Source: Candidatus Eiseniibacteriota bacterium (lineage in GTDB: Bacteria; Eisenbacteria; RBG-16-71-46; SZUA-252). Taken from it: a DNA stretch of 10,168 nt. Position numbers and translations under genes: made by a program. The notes below the pieces were generated by a model. The model was given only the letters and a program-made list of their open reading frames with translations. It did not search any database and was not told the DNA's origin. The stretch lies in the NCBI GenBank assembly GCA_031370645.1, contig JANMQV010000058.1:1-10168 (forward strand), read 5' to 3'. Within the stretch, counting starts at the first letter, position 1. Each line of letters opens with the position of its first letter. This document shows, piece after piece, positions 7,708 to 10,168 of this stretch.

Positions 7708-7773
7708 TCCCATTTTTCGGGTGGTCGGGGGCTCGGGGCGAGGGGAAGTTGGGTTTTCTGGCCAGGGGGTGAG

Positions 7774-7789
7774 TGTGACCTTTATCACA
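7774..7789. promoter_or_regulatory. CRP-type binding box (TGTGA-N6-TCACA)
   Basis: TGTGA-CCTTTA-TCACA is an exact match to the CRP core consensus and lies in the divergent intergenic region. Confidence 0.65.
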
Positions 7790-7869
7790 TTGGAAATGAG
7801 TGGTTTAGGGGGATATCCCCATCCGGGGAGGCAGACAATGGCGGAACCCAAACGGCCCCTCGCGGGCTT

Positions 7870-7878
7870 TGGTAGTAT
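7870..7878 (+). promoter_or_regulatory. Possible extended -10 promoter (TGnTAGTAT) for the cupredoxin gene
   Basis: TGGTAGTAT about 50 nt upstream of the GTG at 7929; no convincing -35. Confidence 0.4.
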
Positions 7879-7928
7879 GTCCGGGAGCCGGATCTTGGAT
7901 GGAGTCAGGACAGCCTAGGAGGACCACC

Positions 7929-8321
7929 GTGTTTCGACACCCTGTAGTTCGACTGACCGCGATCGCCCTAATTGCTGCGGGCGTGGCGTTGGCGGCCCAT
8001 GGATGCGGCAGCGATAAGAAGAACCCGACCGGGCCGGGAGGCGGCGGAACGCCCGCTGATGTGACGATCAACATTGTTGGGAATTCCGGCTCGAGTTCCT
8101 TCTCGCCGAGCCCCACCACGGTTACCGTTGGGCAGACGGTCTCGTGGAAGAACAATGACACGACGACCCACACGTCGACCGCGGACGGGAGCGCGTGGAA
8201 CACCAACAACATCGCTGCCGGCGCCACGAGCGCGCCAATCACCATGAGTGCGGCAGGAACATTCCCCTACCACTGCAACATCCATTCGAGCATGACCGGC
8301 ACCTTGACGGTGAACCCTTGA
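7929..8321 (+). CDS. Cupredoxin (plastocyanin/amicyanin-like blue copper protein), probable lipoprotein
   Basis: GTG start after AGGAGG; signal peptide ending in a lipobox-like AAHG-C; Gly/Pro/Thr linker; F.P....V.VG.TV.W.N.D...HT; type-1 Cu ligand loop YHCNIHSSM (C-x2-H-x2-M). Confidence 0.9.
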   Translation: MFRHPVVRLTAIALIAAGVALAAHGCGSDKKNPTGPGGGGTPADVTINIVGNSGSSSFSPSPTTVTVGQTVSWKNNDTTTHTSTADGSAWNTNNIAAGATSAPITMSAAGTFPYHCNIHSSMTGTLTVNP

Positions 8322-8329
8322 CCGAATTG

Positions 8330-8794
8330 ATGCGGTTTCTCCACGTCGTGGGTGCGGTGGTTCTGATCGGAGATTTGCTTTACGGCGGTTTCTGGCTCAC
8401 GCGGGCAGTGAAGCGCGGCGACGCGGGACTACGCGGTTATGTCCTCGCCACGATGGCGTGGACCAGCAAATCGTACGCGCTCCCGGCGATTCTGGTGAAT
8501 TTGATCGCCGGGCTGGCTTTGATTCACTTCAAGCACACGCCCATGAAGACCGCGATCTGGCTCTGGATCGCGGTGCCGCTCTACGTCGTGATGATGGGCC
8601 TCTGGCACGGCGTGTTGATTCCGAAGCGGAAGAAGATGGCGGCAGCGTTTGGAGAGCCGGAAAAGGGTGGAAAGTCGGCGGGAGCGGCGGGCGATTTCGA
8701 TTCCATGGCCCGCGGGTGGCTCAGCGTGAACGGCGTGATTTTGTTTTTGCTCTTCGCGATCCTCGCTTTGATGATTTGGAGGCCGTCGCTTTAG
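8330..8794 (+). CDS. Four-TM integral membrane protein, DUF2269-like
   Basis: Begins MRFLHVVGAVVLIG, has four hydrophobic segments and ends LMIWRP, as I recall for DUF2269-type proteins. Start is ATG 8330, or TTG 8318 overlapping the cupredoxin stop. Confidence 0.75.
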   Translation: MRFLHVVGAVVLIGDLLYGGFWLTRAVKRGDAGLRGYVLATMAWTSKSYALPAILVNLIAGLALIHFKHTPMKTAIWLWIAVPLYVVMMGLWHGVLIPKRKKMAAAFGEPEKGGKSAGAAGDFDSMARGWLSVNGVILFLLFAILALMIWRPSL

Positions 8795-10168
8795 ATTTCG
8801 GCTTTGCGCGGCGTTTGGGCTTCACGAGGCGCTTCGGCTTCGACTTCGGCCTCGATTTCGATTTCGGTTTAGGTTTAGGTTTCGACTTGGATTTCGATTT
8901 CGGTTTCGACTTGGGCTTCGATTTGGACTTCGGCGCCGTGGCTTCCCGCCTCGGCGCCGTTCCCTTTTCCAGCGTCGTCCAGCGCACAAAGGGCAAGAGC
9001 CGCGACACGCCGCCGTGTGTCCCGAACGGCGTGGGGCGCTGAAGCGATCCGATAGCGGTGATCCGCGGAATTCCCAACTCCGCGAGCCTGCTTTCCAATC
9101 GTTCCCGCCGCGATCCGCGCTCTTCGATCCCGATCGCTTCGATGAACTGCTCGGCGCCGGCGACAGCGCCGATGAATTCCTCGACATTCTTCACGGCGTG
9201 AACGCGAACGACGCGATGGCGCGGCCCCGGTTCAAAACGAGCGCTCCCTTCCGCGATCACCGTCCACTCCGTTCCCCGTTCCGATTCGAGGATCCGCGTC
9301 ACGCGCCCCGTCGCGGCCTCGAGCGCAGCCTGCGCCCGCGAGAGTTGCACCGATGCGGCCTCCGCGAGCACCGGTTCCCGCCGCGGTAGCCGGCTCGCGG
9401 CCGCATCGAGCGCGGCGCCGAGTGCTTCGGCGAAGGCGACCGGCGTCACCATCCCGCCACGTTCTACGTAGAACGCGTGCGGCGAGAGGCAGCCCTGCTG
9501 ATCGTAGAGCGCCACGTCGTGCGCCGCTCGGGCGGCGAGTGTTGGGAGCGATCCGCGCCGCATCGCGCCCGCGCCGATGTAGCCGACGCTCACCTTCGGT
9601 CCTTGAAGCACAACCGCGGCGCCGGGCCGAGTCGCATGAGAGATGCTTGTGACGGCCAATTCCCCGCCGAAAGCGAGAACCGCGGGCGCGCGATCAAGCG
9701 CCACGCGATCGAGCTCCGTTTGCCCGCCTTTCCACCAGACGACCGCCATGCAGGCGCCGAGGTCGGGATCGATCTCCGCGATCGCCGATGCGAGAAGCGG
9801 CGCGAAGAGCGGCTCCTGCGCCGCCGTCTTCGCGACAAGCGCCGATTTGAGGAGTAGGGCCGAGAAGAGCGGGAGGACCGGCACGGTCGGAACGTTGCCG
9901 GCGTAGATCTGAAGCATCCACTCCGGCCCGTGCGCGCGGCGGCGCGTGCCGCCGGGGCCGGGCATAGGGCGGTCGAGCGCTCTGGTCGAGCCCAATTCTG
10001 CGGAGAGCCAGCGCGAGAGCCCTCCGTGCGCGAGCGGCTGAAAGGCATCGTCGAGCGCCTGCGAGACCATCGGGGCGGAGAACGTGCCGGTGCGACCGAG
10101 CGCGTCGATCGCCTCCCGCCGCTGCTTGGAGCGCGGATCGAGATAACGCTCCACCACGCGATCGAGCG
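8721..10168 (-). CDS. Acyl-CoA reductase, LuxC family (ALDH superfamily), 5' end outside the window, with a basic low-complexity C-terminal tail
   Basis: AGNVP, LL.KS...K, V.WW.GG, AFGG, GPK.S, catalytic YDQQGCLSP, G..RI...G.LQ.P...HGG. The frame stays open to the right edge (…LDRVVERY). Confidence 0.85.
   Translation of the reverse strand, partial: LDRVVERYLDPRSKQRREAIDALGRTGTFSAPMVSQALDDAFQPLAHGGLSRWLSAELGSTRALDRPMPGPGGTRRRAHGPEWMLQIYAGNVPTVPVLPLFSALLLKSALVAKTAAQEPLFAPLLASAIAEIDPDLGACMAVVWWKGGQTELDRVALDRAPAVLAFGGELAVTSISHATRPGAAVVLQGPKVSVGYIGAGAMRRGSLPTLAARAAHDVALYDQQGCLSPHAFYVERGGMVTPVAFAEALGAALDAAASRLPRREPVLAEAASVQLSRAQAALEAATGRVTRILESERGTEWTVIAEGSARFEPGPRHRVVRVHAVKNVEEFIGAVAGAEQFIEAIGIEERGSRRERLESRLAELGIPRITAIGSLQRPTPFGTHGGVSRLLPFVRWTTLEKGTAPRREATAPKSKSKPKSKPKSKSKSKPKPKPKSKSRPKSKPKRLVKPKRRAKPKSKATASKSSKRGSRRAKTKSRRSR
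8835..8930 (-). repeat. 16 degenerate hexamer repeats encoding (K/R)(S/P) dipeptides
   Basis: AAGTCC AAATCG AAGCCC AAGTCG AAACCG AAATCG AAATCC AAGTCG AAACCT AAACCT AAACCG AAATCG AAATCG AGGCCG AAGTCG AAGCCG on the minus strand. Confidence 0.9.

Noticed and set aside
7843-7870. GGAAC as an ECF sigma -35 element
   Set aside because: No matching CGT- or GTC-type -10 at the expected spacing.
8195-8317. N-terminal extension of the membrane protein ORF (MEHQQHRC…), apparently His/Cys-rich
   Set aside because: Off-frame reading of the cupredoxin gene; the real start is 8318 or 8330.
8794-8932. Repeat region considered as a CRISPR array or mobile-element end
   Set aside because: Six-bp periodicity with no unique spacers; fully explained as a coding dipeptide repeat.
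8458-9042. Plus-strand ORF with (D/G)F repeats
   Set aside because: Antisense reading of the Lys-Ser/Pro repeat, overlapping two supported genes.

Overview
GC-rich bacterial window. Its core is a complete minus-strand SUF iron-sulfur cluster biogenesis operon (7653 to 465): MerR-family regulator, A-type carrier (HesB/SufA/IscA), sufC, sufB, sufD, sufS, U-type protein, Rieske ferredoxin, SufT/DUF59, and pterin-4a-carbinolamine dehydratase. Downstream is the 5' part of an ADP-forming acetate/acyl-CoA ligase, probably with its own promoter. Divergent from the operon are a type-1 copper (cupredoxin) lipoprotein and a DUF2269-like membrane protein. These converge on a LuxC-family acyl-CoA reductase that is cut by the window edge and ends in a long Lys-Ser/Pro repeat tail. 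The most notable feature is the first gene of the SUF operon. It is not one of the usual regulators (IscR/Rrf2, SufR, Fur) but a MerR-family protein with a C-terminal CX2C-X9-CX2C motif. A MerR-type 22-bp inverted repeat spans the -35/-10 spacer of its promoter, making this a candidate new Fe-S/metal-sensing SUF regulatory system. The same intergenic region holds a perfect CRP-type box, a G-quadruplex-forming motif and a possible small upstream ORF. All calls come from motif recognition; no database searches were run.
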